From Macrostomum lignano (taxonomy: Eukaryota): a DNA stretch of 64,000 nucleotides. The stretch spans positions 1-64,000 of the forward strand of contig NIVC01001586.1 in the NCBI GenBank assembly GCA_002269645.1, written 5' to 3'. This document shows positions 13,640-27,104 of this stretch, one piece after another. The notes beneath the pieces are model-generated. The model had not been told where the DNA came from, did not search any database, and worked only from the letters and a program-made list of their open reading frames with translations. The position numbers and the translations under genes are program-made. Numbering within the stretch: position 1 is the first letter of the stretch; every line of letters begins with the position of its first letter.

Positions 13640-14490
13640 TATTTGCCATTTTTGAATTGCCAGACACTTCGGTGCCGGATATTTTTATGCCAGACACTTT
13701 GTGCCAGAGCAAGTGGTGTCAATTAGTCATTTCGGTGCAAGACAGTTGGGTGCCAGAGCAAGTGGTGTCAATTAGTCATTTCGGTGCAAGACAGTTGGGT
13801 GCCAGAGCAAGCGGTGTCAATTAGTCACTTCGGTGCAAGACAGTTGGGTGCCAGAGCAAGTGGTGTCAAGTCTGTTACGTAAGCAAAGCTGTTACGCTTT
13901 GTGATGGTTGCCTGCAGGAGCTGCTCAAGGCACGGCAGCATTTTCTTAGCTGGCAGGAAGCTGAGTGCTGGTTCGTCCGGTACGCAGTTCGCAGGCCCCT
14001 CTAAGTGAACTGTGAGAAGATCGCCTGCGACAGCTAGGTAAGTTGCAGCCGCGGACCTGAACACGTACATTCGAAGACGTCGAACTCCAGTGCAGCTTGT
14101 TGAACTTCTTGTTGAACTCAGCTGCAGACCGCACCGTAGGAAAGTGGCCGGGAGCTGAGCGTTAGTGTTCACCTCGAACAGAAGATCCTCGGCTCATTCG
14201 GCCGCTGCTGCTTACGTTGCCTGTTTGCCATTCGGGCAAAATTCTCAAGCCCAGGCAGATTTGGTTTGTGATTGAAATCAGCTTGAGCTGCGAGCAGCTT
14301 CTCCTCGACTATTTCCATCGCTGGTGTTCTCACAGCCATAAAACAATTATAGCATCAAAGTAAAGTAAATTAACCGCAGTCACTATATACACTCCAACAT
14401 CTACAAGTAGTTCATCAAGGCACCGGAAGTGACTGGACCACCGCAGTCTCTGGCACCGAAGAAATGTCCGCGGTACTCCTTAACACAGAT
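13640..14490 (-). mobile_element. Degenerate Mutator-like (MULE) DNA transposon remnant with subterminal repeats
   Basis: Frameshifted minus-strand peptide ANRQRKQQRPNEP..FEVNTNAQLPATFLR..FRSA..LLTVH..VPDEPALSFLP resembles MULE transposase segments. 49-bp tandem repeats lie at 13701-13869, and the motif CTTCGGTGCC recurs inverted (GGCACCGAAG) near 14450. Confidence 0.5.
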
Positions 14491-15708
14491 AATTGCTGAT
14501 AAAGTGATTAGACTTTATGACTGCTGGATAAATGATCGTTGTCGGTCAAATATAAGCATGAGTAATGTATGACCACAAATGTGCTTTCGTGGAGAGATTA
14601 TATAGTTTTTAACTTATAAAAACATTGAGGAAATTTCAAAATTTCGATTTTCTATCAAAGCAAAGTGTCTTGACAAGCTAGAAGGAATTCTAGCAATTTA
14701 CATATACATTTGCCCCTATTCGAAAATGAAGAAGCTCGGCTTGCTCCCTAAATTTTTCTAGCATGTTCAAGTAAAGAGGATATTAATTATATGTACATGC
14801 ATATGTTAGGCGTCAAAACAGATGGACCTGGAGGCGTGTTTCCCCCCATATTTTTTAAACTTTGCAGGAATTTTTTGCATTTTATGAAGGCGATTTATCA
14901 ATAGAAATAGCGCCACTGACGTATAGTATCAATATTAGGGGACTGCCAAGCTATACCCCGCGGTACTTTTCAATACGTTCCCGACCCGTATGAGGGAATA
15001 AAAAGTCAATTTTGCGTTCAATTTCACAAAAACTGTTCAAAATTTTGTTCAAAGTGTTCAATTTTACAGCAGACAGGCGACAGCTTATCAGCAATCAATC
15101 AGTAGCAGACTAAATTATTTGTCGATTGATCGTTTTTGTTCCGGTTAAAACTTCTTATTCCTATAACTAATTTTAACTTATGTTTTGTTTCTTCTAAACT
15201 AAATGTGCAGATTTTCTAAAAAATTTAAAAGTTCTGAGTATAATTACTGATCAGATTTGATAATGTTTCAATGTTGTTACATGGTTTATTATTTTTCAAC
15301 TTTGTCTAAAAAAATTATTTAACTGGACTTTTGCATTTTGTAATTATGAAATTTGATCAGTTTTGCGAAGAATAAAAAAATTGCCTTTTTTCCAGGCCAA
15401 TCAAAAATTGCTTTTTTGCTTTTTTGACTGCACAAGAAGCTACTGTATTGCTTTTTATTGATTCTTGTGATTGCTTTGTCTAGCAGTTGCTGAGTTGCAA
15501 GATTGCAAAATGTTAATGCCTTAGACTTAGTCTTTTAAAAAGGCAAGGCTCCATGTCCAATTTCTGTAAATGTAAATGTCCTTTTTACTAAAAGAAATTT
15601 TGAGCTGAGCCAAGCCTAAAGCTTAAATTAGCGATTGAATTTTATAGTTTTTCAGACATTATTTTTAACTATATTCAAATAGTTTCATAAAAGAATAATT
15701 ATCTAATT

Positions 15709-18700
15709 ATGGAAACTACCAAAATAATATTTCATGTGGATGAGGAGGATACACCATATCTAATTCGACTTTCTATACCACCAGGTCAAGCAACATTAGC
15801 TGATTTTAAGAATGCATTAAACTATAAAGCAAACTTTAAATTCTTTTTCAAGTCAGTTGATGATGACTTTGGGTAAGTTAAGACAAGTATAATTTTAAAA
15901 TATATATAAATTAATTGGTAATTCTATTATGCCATCCTTTTAATGTGACTAGGGGCTCATGTCTAGCTTATGATTAATAGCATTGATATTGTATAGGCTT
16001 ATTCTACAATTATAATAAGGGCCTATCAGCCTAGGCCCTAATCTATTTTGGCAACTAAAAATCTTATTAATATTGATAGCCATTTTAGTATCAAGTCATT
16101 ATGGCAACCTTGTTAGCAACATTGATAGGCTAGTTAACTAAGAAATTTTATTTTATATAAATCATAAATAATTATCTTTTTCCATATGAGTCATAGCCTA
16201 TATATTTTTGATAAATATAATTATATAATAAATAAATTCCCAATGTCTAAATTGATGGCATTGTCTTTTTTGAATGAATAATATTGGTCTTTTTATATTT
16301 ATAACAATTATATTATCATTGATTTGTTGAAATATAAGCTAGCCTAGATGCTTTCTTTATTTACAATTATTTTCTGTTGTAATAAATATAAAAGTAAAAA
16401 ATTTAAAAAATTAATGTTGTTTTTTGGTAACTTACATGGCTAATATAAGGATAGGCTGTTCATAAATATCATATTGTTTGAATATGTTAATATGTTATTT
16501 GTCTCAAAGTATTTTGTATGTTTCAAATTCTTTATATTTCACTCATAATAACTTTTTTTAATTACAAAAAGAAAAGCAATTCAATTTAAAGATATATTAT
16601 ATAATAAGATTAATTGCCATTGTCTTATTTACATGTATAATCTACAATATTTTTTACCAACTATAGACTTATAATTTAAAATAGTAAATAATATTGAATA
16701 TTAGTTTTAGAGCTGAAAAATATTAAATTGCTCTTTTATATTATATTTAAGATATTTAATGATGCCTTAAAATAATATATAATAGGGACAATAAATGCTT
16801 ACTAATTTTTTATTTAAGTCCATTTGGCACAATTTTGAATTAAATATTTATTTTAGAAAAGTTATTAAAAAACATACATGCCCAACACCTGTCATACCCA
16901 TCTGAACCAGATAGGTGAAATGGCCACCAGCCAAGGTAAGTTGCAAAATCAAAAATGCAAAAAATGAAAATTTGGGGGAAGAAAGAGAGGAAGAGAAAAG
17001 GAAAAGAAAGGAGGGAGAAGAGAGAGAGAAAGAGGAATGAGGAGAGAGAGAGAGAGAGAGAGAAGATAAGAGAAAAGGCAAGAAAAGTCATATACAAAGT
17101 GAAAATTAGGTTACAACCAGGGGAACTAAATCATAATCAGCAGGAACTAAGTTGCAAATCTGGACAAAACTAAGTCGCACTGGATAGGTGAAATTTTGAG
17201 GTTGGGCATGTATGTACTAAAACATTATTAGTTTATCTTTATTTAAATTGTTTTAATGAATTAAATAGTCAGATTATTAATTAATAAAGTAGTCATAAAC
17301 CAATGTGTTAAAGGTTTTTATATGTTAATATACTTTTAGTTTTAGCCTAGATTTTTAAACAGAAAGCTGTTTTAAATTTGTAATTTTATTTTATTTTAGA
17401 GTTGTTAAAGAAGAGATTGCAGATGACAATGCCCACCTACCATTCTCAAAAGGCAAAGTCGAATCATGGGTATGTTTTTGCATGATGCGTGTTATTGTTG
17501 TTTATCATTCTTAATAAATCGTTTTTAAGTTCCTAAACTGTCATTTAGATAAACTTTATTAAAAAACTAGTCTAAATTGGCTAGAAAGCCGAGTCCCTCA
17601 GTAAGGAGGCAACATAGAAATAATTTTTTTGAAAAAAAACTACAAAAGCCCAATTCTTAGTTTCTTAGAAATTAACATGTTTGCAGCAGAAAAGCATTAG
17701 CACTTGTATTAAGCTAGCATCTCCATTTGAGCCATGGTTGTTCAGAATTCCCCCCTGAGCCTTGCATCTCAGCAACTCCCCATTGAGCCATGGCATCTCT
17801 GCAACTCCCCATTGAGCCATGGCATCTCAGCAACTCCCCCTCTGAGCCTTGGCATCTCAGTAACCCCCCCCCCTTGAGCCATGGCATCTCAGCAACTCCC
17901 CATTGAGCCATGGCATCTCAGTAACTCCCCATTGAGCCATGGCATCTCAGCAACTCCCCCTCTGAGCCTTGGCATCTCAGTAACCCCCCCCCCCTTGAGC
18001 CATGGCATCTCAGCAACTCCCCATTGAGCCATGGCATCTCAGTAACTCCCCATTGAGCCATGGCATCTCAGCAACTCCCCCTCTGAGCCATGGCATCTCA
18101 GCAACTCCCCCTCTGAGCCATGGCTTCTCAGCAACTCCCCCTCTGAGCCATGGCTTCTCAGCAACTCCCCCTCTGAGCCCTGGCATCTCAGCAACTCCCC
18201 CTCTGAGCCCTGGCATCTCAGCAACTCCCCCCTCTGAGCCCTGGCATCTCAGAAACTCCCCTCTGAGCCTTGGCATCTCAGAAACTCCCCCCTGTGAGCC
18301 TTGGCATCTCAGCAACCCCCCCCCCCTCTGAGCCCTGGAATCTCAGAAACTCCCCTCTGAGCCTTGGCATCTCAGCAATCCCTTCGAGTTAAAAGCAGAA
18401 ACAGCTCCTTTTTGTTCAGTATGTACAGCAGTTCACAGTATTCTACAGGCCAGTTCAATAGTTCCCAGGCGAACTCTGGACAGACTAGTCTCTTTTGGAG
18501 CAGTTAATAGTTAAAAGTACACTATTTGAAGTAATTGCCACTGCATGGCCGCACACCACCCAGCTGGTCACAGCGGACGCGGAGGGCAGCGTCAATTCCG
18601 GCAGCAAGCTTGGCAGCGGCGGGGCAGCCGCTCTGCCAGCTGGCGGCAGCGGAGCATCCGGCACCGGCTCTGAGAGCGAGTACAGTGCCCAGCAACAGGC

Positions 18701-21700
18701 TGGTAAGTTGGCTGGCCTATGGTCTCTAGCTAGAAATTTCACGTTGCAGAAAAGGCACCAGCGCAGGCTTTTCGTTGCGTGTGTCCTTAATTTGGACCCC
18801 GGATGCTAAATTGGCCGCCTTGTTTCATATTTCAATTCATTATTGGAATTCTAGAATACAGGAATTCTATTTATTGATAAATTTAAGTAGTCAGTAAACA
18901 TGGAGTGTGCAGACTTCTGCAACTTCTGTCTGTCTTACTAATGTGTCTCGTGAAATTTTTGCAGATCGAGTGGCCCCGCTACCCAGTTTCAACAATCGGC
19001 ATCGCGGTACGTCATTTCAGTTTTAGATTATCAATTACTTATTGCTTTTATGTAGAATAGCTTAATTTGCACGTTTGGATAATCGTTTCCTGTCATATTA
19101 AACTTAGTTGGAATGGGTGTTTACAAGTTCAACTATGACTGTTTCCATCTTCAAGTCATGACAAACCGTAAATAATAATATGCACTTTTCGATCAGACAG
19201 GCAGTTAAAAGCCAGTGAAGTTACACTATGTCTAGCCATGATGTATGATTTCTAAGATTGTCACCTTAATTGTATAAGCTGTGCCTATACGATGATGTGC
19301 CTCGTAAGCTAGTACAGAGTGTACTGTGGGACCTGCACCATCTGTATGAGCTGTGCCTATTAGCTAGTACAGAGTGTACTGTGGGACCTGCACCATCTGT
19401 ATGAGCTGTGCCTATTAGCTAGTACAGAGTGTACTGTGGGACCTGCACCATCTGTATGAGCTGTGCCTATTAGCTAGTACAGAGTGTACTGTGGGACCTG
19501 CACCATCTGTATGAGCTGTGCCTATTAGCTAGTACAGAGTGTACTGTGGGACCTGCACCATCTGTATGAGCTGTGCCTATTAGCTAGTATAGAGTGTACT
19601 GTGGGACCTGCACCATCTGTATGCGCCATCCGCACTTCAGGCCTCCGCCTTGGCGGGCCGGGTCGCCCGCATCGCCACAGCAAGCAGCAGCAGCCAACTT
19701 ACGAGTCGGCTGGCAGCATGATGTCAAGCGATCTGGACTCGACCTCATTTCTTGACAGCGAAGATGACATCGAGAGCAGCCGGTTCAGCAGCGCCACCAA
19801 CACTACCTACTCCGCCGCCGCTGCCAGGAAAAATCTGCAGAAACGGCATCATCGGCACAAAAAACGGGCACCGCATATTAGCAGAGTGAGTAGCTAGATA
19901 ACGAGGGCTGACCGTGTCTTATGTTTATTGGCTGGTGACAATCTGCATTATACTACTATTAGTAGCTTATTAGTACTATCCATCCATCCAAAGCATCCAT
20001 GTTGTAGTTTTTTCTTGTCTGTCTGTCTGTCTCAGTGTCTGTCTGTCTGTCTGTCCGTCTGTCTGTCTGTCGACGTCCCTGCTACTGTACGCGCTCATCG
20101 ATATTCATAATTCATAATCCATTAATACATGTACTTCGCATGTCATCCGTCAGACATCTCTTAACTCTTCACGGTAAAATCAGCGGCCGCTGTCCTAAAC
20201 CAACATCGCCAAACCGACATCTCAAACTGACACCCCTAAACCGACACCCCAAACCGACATCTCAAACCGAGACCCCCAAACATACCTCAGAACCGGCACC
20301 CTCAAACCCAACACCCCCAAACATACCTCAGAACCGGCACCCTCAAACCCAACACCCCCAAACATACCTCAGAACCGGCACCCTCAAACCCAACACCCCC
20401 AAACATACCTCAGAACCGGCATCCTCAAACCCAACACCCCCAAACATACCTCAGAACCGGCACCCTCAAACCCAACACCCCCAAACATACCTCAGAACCG
20501 GCACCCTCAAACCCAACACCCCCAAACATACCTCAGAACCGGCACCCTCAAACCCAACACCCCCAAACATACCTCAGAACCGGCACCCTCAAACCCAACA
20601 CCCCCAAACATACCTCAGAACCGGCACCCTCAAACCCAACACCCCCAAACATACCTCAGAACCGGCACCCTCAAACCCAACACCCCCAAACATACCTCAG
20701 AACCGGCACCCTCAAACCCAACACCCCCAGACGTCCTCGTTCAGCAGCGTGACTGAGTCGGCGGTGTCCCTGGACGTGCGCACCGTGGAGCTGGACATGG
20801 ACGCGGTGCAGTTCCTCGGCATCAGCATAGTAGGCCATCCGGCAGCCAACGGCGGCTCCGGCGGCATCTACGTCGGTTCAATCATGCGCGGCGGCGCCGT
20901 GGAACGCGAAGGCAGCATCCAGCCGGGCGACATGCTGCTCGAGGTTAACAATATCGCTTTTGAAAATCTTGAAAACGACGAAGCCGTTCGAATATTACGC
21001 GATCAGGTGCAGAAGCCGGGCAAAATTCGTCTAGTAGTGGCCAAGTGCTGGGACTCGCGCGATTATCAGTTGCGCACAATGCCGCGCGAGGAGCCGGTCA
21101 GGCCTATCGACCCGCGCGCCTGGGTGCTGCACACCAACGCTATGCGACAGGACCCGGACAGCGGCAGCGGCGGCACTGGCACGCTTGGCGGCTCTCAGCA
21201 GATCGCACCGGCCGCTTCCTGTCTGGTTGGCGGCCTGCCTGAGAATGTTGATAGCCGGCTCACTGTCACAGGTGCGCCTGCGTCTTTAATTGCCTTTAAT
21301 TGTTGTCCTAGCCCTGCTGCTTGAGAAAAATGCGTTTATCCATCCTAATTATCTTCTGGCTGGCCTTTAATTGCCCTCGGCAACTCGGTCGTCCTGCCTA
21401 AATATTGCACCAATACAGACTCTCCTCGCCAAGAATCGCCCCGATACCCCACCAAGAATCGCCCCGATACCTTACCAAGAATCGCCCCTATACCCCACCG
21501 AGAATCGCCCCGATACTTTACCAAAAATCGTCCCGATACCCCACCGAGAATCGCCCCTATACCCCGCCAAGAATCGCCCCTATACCCCACCGAGAATCGC
21601 CCCTATACCCCACCGAGAATCACCCCTATACCCCACCGAGAATCGCCCCTATACCCCACCGAGAATCACCCCTATACCCCACCGAGAATCGCCCCTATAC

Positions 21701-24700
21701 CCCACCGAGAATCGCCCCTATACCCCACCGAGAATCGCCCCTATACCCCACGAAGAATCGCCCCGATACCTTACCAAGAATCGCCCCTATACCCCTCCGA
21801 GAATCGCCCCGATACCTTACCAAAAATCGCCCAGATACCTCACTAAAAATCGCCCCTATACCCCACCGAGAATCGCCCCGATACTTTACCAAAAATCACC
21901 CCGATACCTCACCGATAATCGCCCCTATACCCCACCGAGAATCGTCCCGATACTTTACCAAAAATCACCCCGATGGCTCACTATGAATCGCTCCGATGCG
22001 CCGCCAAGAATCGCTCCGATGCGCCGCCAAGAATCGCTCCGATACTTTACCAAAAAATCACCCCGATACCTCACCTAGAATCGCCCCTATACCCCACCAA
22101 GAATCGCTCCGATACTTTACCAAAAATCACTCCGATACCTCACCAAGAATCGCCCCTATACCCCACCAAGAATCGCTCCGATACTTTACCAAAAATCACC
22201 CCGATACCTCACCTAGAATCGCCCCTATACCCCACGAAGAATCGCCCCGATACCTTACCAAAAATCACCCCGATACCTCACCTAGAATCGCCCCTATACC
22301 CCACGAAGAATCGCCCCGATACCTTACCAAGAATCGCCCCTATACCTTACCAAAAATCGCCCCGATGGCCCACTATGAATCGCTCCGATGCGCCGCCAAG
22401 AATCACTCGGATACCCCACCAAGAATCGCTCGGATACCCCACCGAGAATTGCCCCGATACCTTACCAAGAATCGCCCCGATACCTTACCAAGAATCGCCC
22501 CTATACCCCACCAAGAATCGCCCCGATACCCCACCAAGAATCGCCCCGATACCTTACCAAGAATCGCCCCTATACCCCACCGAGAATCGCCCCGATACCT
22601 TACCAAAAATCGTCCCGATACCTTACCAAGAATCGCCCCTATACCCCACCGAGAATCGCTCCGATACCTTACCAAAAATCACCCCGATACCTCACCTAGA
22701 ATCGCCCCTATACCCCACGAAGAATCGCCCCGATACCTTACCAAGAATCGCCCCTATACCCCACCGAGAATCGCCCCTATACCCCACCGAGAATCGCCCC
22801 GATACCTTACCAAAAATCGCCCAGATACTCCACCAAGAATCGCGTCGGATACCCCACCGAGAATCGCTCGGATACCCCACCGAGAATCGCTCGGATACCC
22901 CACCGAGAATCGCTCGGATACCCCACCAAGAATCGCGTCGGATACCCCACCGAGAATCGCTCGGATACCCCACCGAGAATCACTCAGATACCCCACCGAG
23001 AATCGCTCGGATACCCCACCGAGAATCGCTCGGATACCCCACCGAGAATCGCTCAGATACCCCACCAAGAATCGCTCCGATACCCCACCAAGAATCGCTC
23101 GGATACCCCACCAAGAATCGCTCGGATACCCCACCATGAATCGCTCGGATACCCCACCATGAATCGCTCGGATACCCCACCATGAATCAAATTATAAACC
23201 TTAGCAATTCCGCTCACCCTGTGCAGCCGCAAGCGTCAGCACGTCTTCCTGTTCCTTGCCCGAGTCGGAGCGCTACACAGCCGAGGAGCTGATGCCGCCC
23301 CTCACTACTCAGACTGATCTGCACACCATTGCCAGCGCCATGGCTATGCCGGACTCCGGCTTGGAGGTGCGGGATCGCACCTGGCTTAAAATACCTATCC
23401 CGAAGGCTTTCATTGGTAAGCTGGCGTTCAATTAATCATAATGAATAGAAAGTATGCTAAAACTCTACTTTTCCTACTTTTAGTAGTTTATTTATCTCTG
23501 ATTTTCAAATACGAGTATATTATAGTGTTTATCTCCACAAAAGTTTTACTTAATCAATAAAAAAGTGCGCGCTTGTGTCAAATCATGCGAATCAAATTAA
23601 GTGCCAAAGCATATCAATCAAAAGGGCGTTTTAACAATGGGCCTTGAGGTGTCTAAGGAGGCATTCAACGATTTAAAATCATGCGCACATACCGGCAGGC
23701 TCCGATCTAGTCGATTGGCTCTACACTCGAGTCGAAGGCTTCACTGAGCGTAAAGAGGCGCGCAAATGGGCAGCCGAGATGCTTCGCCAAGGCTGCATCC
23801 GGCACAAGGTTAACAAGGTGGGATTCTCCGAGCAGTGTTACTATGTGTTTGGCGACTGTGCTGTCGGCGGAGTCTCAGCAGCAGCTGACGTCCATCCACC
23901 GCCGCCTGCCCTACCGGTAGACATGTCGAAGCTTAACGTCGGCGGCGGCTTCGACTCCGGTGGCTCTGGTCGCCAACAGCTGCCGCAGCCGCAGATGCCG
24001 CCGATAAACTGGGCGCCTCCAGGACCGCCGCCTAGCTACACAGGTGCGATGCCGCTGCCCTACTCCTTAGACCGAGCAGATAGCGTCAGCCAGTACAGCA
24101 GCTTGCAGGCGAAAACGCCTACACCGCTGGGCGCCATGCCGCCGGTTAATTCTGCCGCTGTTGGCAGCGACAACTCCAGTGAGTGCGGCTCTGTAGCTAA
24201 TCCAGTTCTAACTGGGATTCTAATGGTCTAATCCAGTTCTAACTGGAATTCTAATGGTCTAATCCAGTTCTAACTGGGATTGTAATGGTCTAATCCAGTT
24301 CTAACTGGGATTGTAATGGTCTAATCCAGTTCTAACTGGGATTGTAATGGTCTAATCCAGTTCTAACTGGGATTGTAATAGTCTAATCCAGTTCTAACTG
24401 GGATTGTAATGGTCTAATCCAGTTCTAACTGGGATTCTAATGGTCTAATCAAATTCTGATGGTCTAGTCTAGATCCTAATAGTCTAATATAGAATCTAAT
24501 TGAGGTTCTAATAGTCTAGTCCAAACTCTAATAACTGAGTTTCTAATTTTATTCAGATTTTAGCTGGGATTCTGATAATCGAATTCCGATTCTAACTGGG
24601 ATTCTGATGGTCTAATCCATTTCTGACTAAGATTGTAATGGTCTAATCCGGGATCTAACTCGGTTTTTAATGGCCTAAAATATTAGAATTTTAATTATCT

Positions 24701-24926
24701 AGTTCGCATTCTAACCGGGTTTCAGTAGTATAAAATCCAGATTCAAATAGTCTAATGCAGAGTTCTTATTTATAAGTGTTAGATGTAAAAAATTCCTGCA
24801 GCCGACTCCGTTGCCCTCCCCCCCCCCCTAGTCGGCAGCAGTTCGGCTTCATCCGGCAGCCTGCACCCAGCGGCCCCCGATACGCTGGGCGGCGGCAGCA
24901 AGCAGGGCTTCAGGCCAGGCGGCTAA
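15709..24926 (+). CDS. dvl: Dishevelled (DIX-basic-PDZ-DEP)
   Basis: Exons 15709-15872, 17400-17469, 18564-18702, 18965-19006, 19641-19885, 20731-21271, 23227-23415, 23699-24178 and a tentative last exon 24802-24926. DIX: [35 protein letters not shown]. Also [38 protein letters not shown] and [36 protein letters not shown]. Confidence 0.95.
17725..18375. repeat. ~29-30-bp intronic minisatellite (GAGCCATGGCATCTCAGCAACTCCCCCTCT)
   Basis: Tandem array in dvl intron 2. Confidence 0.95.
19307..19622. repeat. 55-bp tandem repeat, about 6 near-identical copies
   Basis: Unit AGCTAGTACAGAGTGTACTGTGGGACCTGCACCATCTGTATGAGCTGTGCCTATT; the array ends about 20 nt before the dvl exon 5 acceptor. Confidence 0.95.
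20278..20730. repeat. 41-bp tandem repeat, about 11 copies, abutting the dvl PDZ exon
   Basis: Unit AAACATACCTCAGAACCGGCACCCTCAAACCCAACACCCCC; the last unit ends in the acceptor AG at 20729-20730. Confidence 0.95.
21420..23185. repeat. ~21-bp-based complex minisatellite (AGAATCGCCCCTATACCCCACC)
   Basis: A 1.7-kb array filling dvl intron 6; it accounts for the ORFs at 21371-23183. Confidence 0.95.
24195..24440. repeat. 31-bp tandem repeat (CTAATCCAGTTCTAACTGGGATTGTAATGGT)
   Basis: About 7-8 copies just after the dvl exon 8 donor. Confidence 0.9.
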
Positions 24927-25904
24927 GCTGCAGAATGCATGCATTACAGTGCTGGGCACTTGCCTTAGTAATATGAATTGGTATGTCATTTTATAAGCTG
25001 CTATCTCTCCTGACTGGCGGTGTCTGGCATTGTGCTGTAGTACTCTATATGTAATAATTATCAATAATTTAAAATCGTTTGTCTTCGCAATAAATCTTCT
25101 CAGTAGCAAATGCACACACCATACTGGCTATGCTGACAACATTCAGTGTTTAAAGTGTCTGTCTATCACTTTGAATTGCATCAGACTCCATCATCTCATT
25201 CATTTTTTTGTTGTATAATCTTGTTGCGCCTGTGCTGGAGCAGCTCTCCACACATTTCACAACTACGTTTCACTGTTCAACTTGTGGTGATTTACATATA
25301 TCAACGTGTAAAGAAAATGTTTCTTTTTCAAATGTATCCAAAGTTTATAGATTTCTACAAGATCGTGAGTGTCTGCATTGCAGTGTTTCTGTACGGGTAG
25401 GCATTCTCTGAATATTTACCACCGATCGGTGATCAATCCAATATGAATTTCTTCAAAATTATTACTTCGTTCCTGCAATATGCGCATAAGCTACTAAATG
25501 AAAAGTAGTTTACAAGCGTATTGCCTGTGCACTGATCAAGCGGAACAAATCTTGTTGATATCTATGGTCTGTTGGATCTGTCTCCTTTCCTCACCATAGG
25601 TAGTTCTACTGTTAGGCTGTGTTTTACCTGCGTACCGGACCTCTCCCGACAGAAGGAAGTAGAGAATAATGCCTTCTATCTATTGCTTGCGAGGGCTGCG
25701 ATTTTGCTTTTTATCTTCTGTTTTCGTTTTTGCGTGACAACGCTGCTTTCGTATGAATCAAAGCAAATTGCATCAGTGGAGTTCTGTTTCTTTCGCTGCT
25801 GCTGTTGTAGCTTTCCCAAGCTCTGTGCTTCATTGTCTGCTTCTTTTTGGCTCTCTGTCTCCGTCTTTTTATTTTGACGTGTTCAGCACTTGCTAGCGGC
25901 GATC

Positions 25905-26109
25905 CTCTTGTCTGCCCGTCTATCTGTCTATATGTGTATGTGTCTGTCTGTGTCCTGTACGCGTCTGTCTTAGTGTCTGTCTGTCTGTCTGTGTCCTGTA
26001 CGCGTCTGTCTTAGTGTCTGTCTGTCTGTCTATCTGTCTATATGTGTATGTGTCTGTCTGTGTCCTGTACGCGTCTGTCTTGGTGTCTATCTGTCTGTCT
26101 GTCTGTCTA

Positions 26110-26200
<91 letters not shown>

Positions 26201-26410
26201 GTATGTGTCATGTGCGCGTCTGTCCTTCTGTCTTTCTTAGTGTCTGTCTGTCTATCTGTTTGTCTGTCTGTAGTCTGCTGCGTGTCTGTCTGTGTGCCTG
26301 TTTGTCTCTGCTTGTCTGTCTGTCTATCTGTCTGTCTGTCTGTAGTCTGCTGCGTGTCTGTGTGCCTGTTTGTCTCTGCTTGTCTGTCTGCCTTGCTGTC
26401 TGTCTATCCA
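25905..26410. repeat. (TCTG)n microsatellite with interruptions
   Basis: Direct reading. Confidence 0.95.
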
Positions 26411-27104
26411 TCTACATCGCCTTTATTCCCGTTCATAAGCATTTTCATAATAAAGTATACTCATGAAACAACTCTTGTGCAAGAGCAGTTTTTTAATTAA
26501 GAGTCGTAGCGGCGCTTTTCAGTATAGATTTTCAATATAGCATGTGTAATTAATAACTGTGCCCTGTCGGTTATTGTTTCTGTCCAATAGTACAATTGCA
26601 ATAAATATTAGATATAATCGGCGCCTCCTACATTAAGATATGCTGTTCTCAGTCTCGGATGTGCTGTCCACGCGCCCTGCCAGATTGTATATGTTCGCTG
26701 GCTTTTCACTTGACAACTGATCACTCTTTAGACATTTCAGCTAATGTGATTTACAAAATCGCCGTGTTTATCCCATAGTTGCTGTGTACTTTTACTATAC
26801 GTGTATTAATATTTTTAGCCTGCTGCTATTCAAGCGTCAGTGATTTTAACAAAAAGAAAGTTTACTCTTCAGAGTTTTAGCCTGAGCTCTCTGCCCCTCT
26901 GCGTTCAGGAATAGAAATATAATTTCGCCTGTCCATTCAGTGTCGCTCCTGTAATCATATATATTAGCTTATGTCAGTTCTGCGTTGGGCATGGCAATTT
27001 CTTTGCCTGTAAGAAATCGTCTTGTTTGTCGGCGTCTTTGGTGTTACTTTCTTTATGCTGGTAATATCTCTGATCGAACTCCCTGCACTTCTGAGATTTT
27101 GTCC

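Noticed and set aside
16840-17173. K/R/E-rich or hydrophobic ORFs
   Set aside because: They arise from a GA-rich low-complexity tract in dvl intron 1.
19307-19622. Regular direct-repeat arrays (also 27105-27850 and 46994-47440) as CRISPR arrays
   Set aside because: The units are contiguous with no unique spacers, there are no cas genes, and the context is eukaryotic and intronic.
21371-23183. Pro-rich 200-390-aa ORFs
   Set aside because: They derive from the intronic minisatellite between the dvl PDZ and DEP exons.
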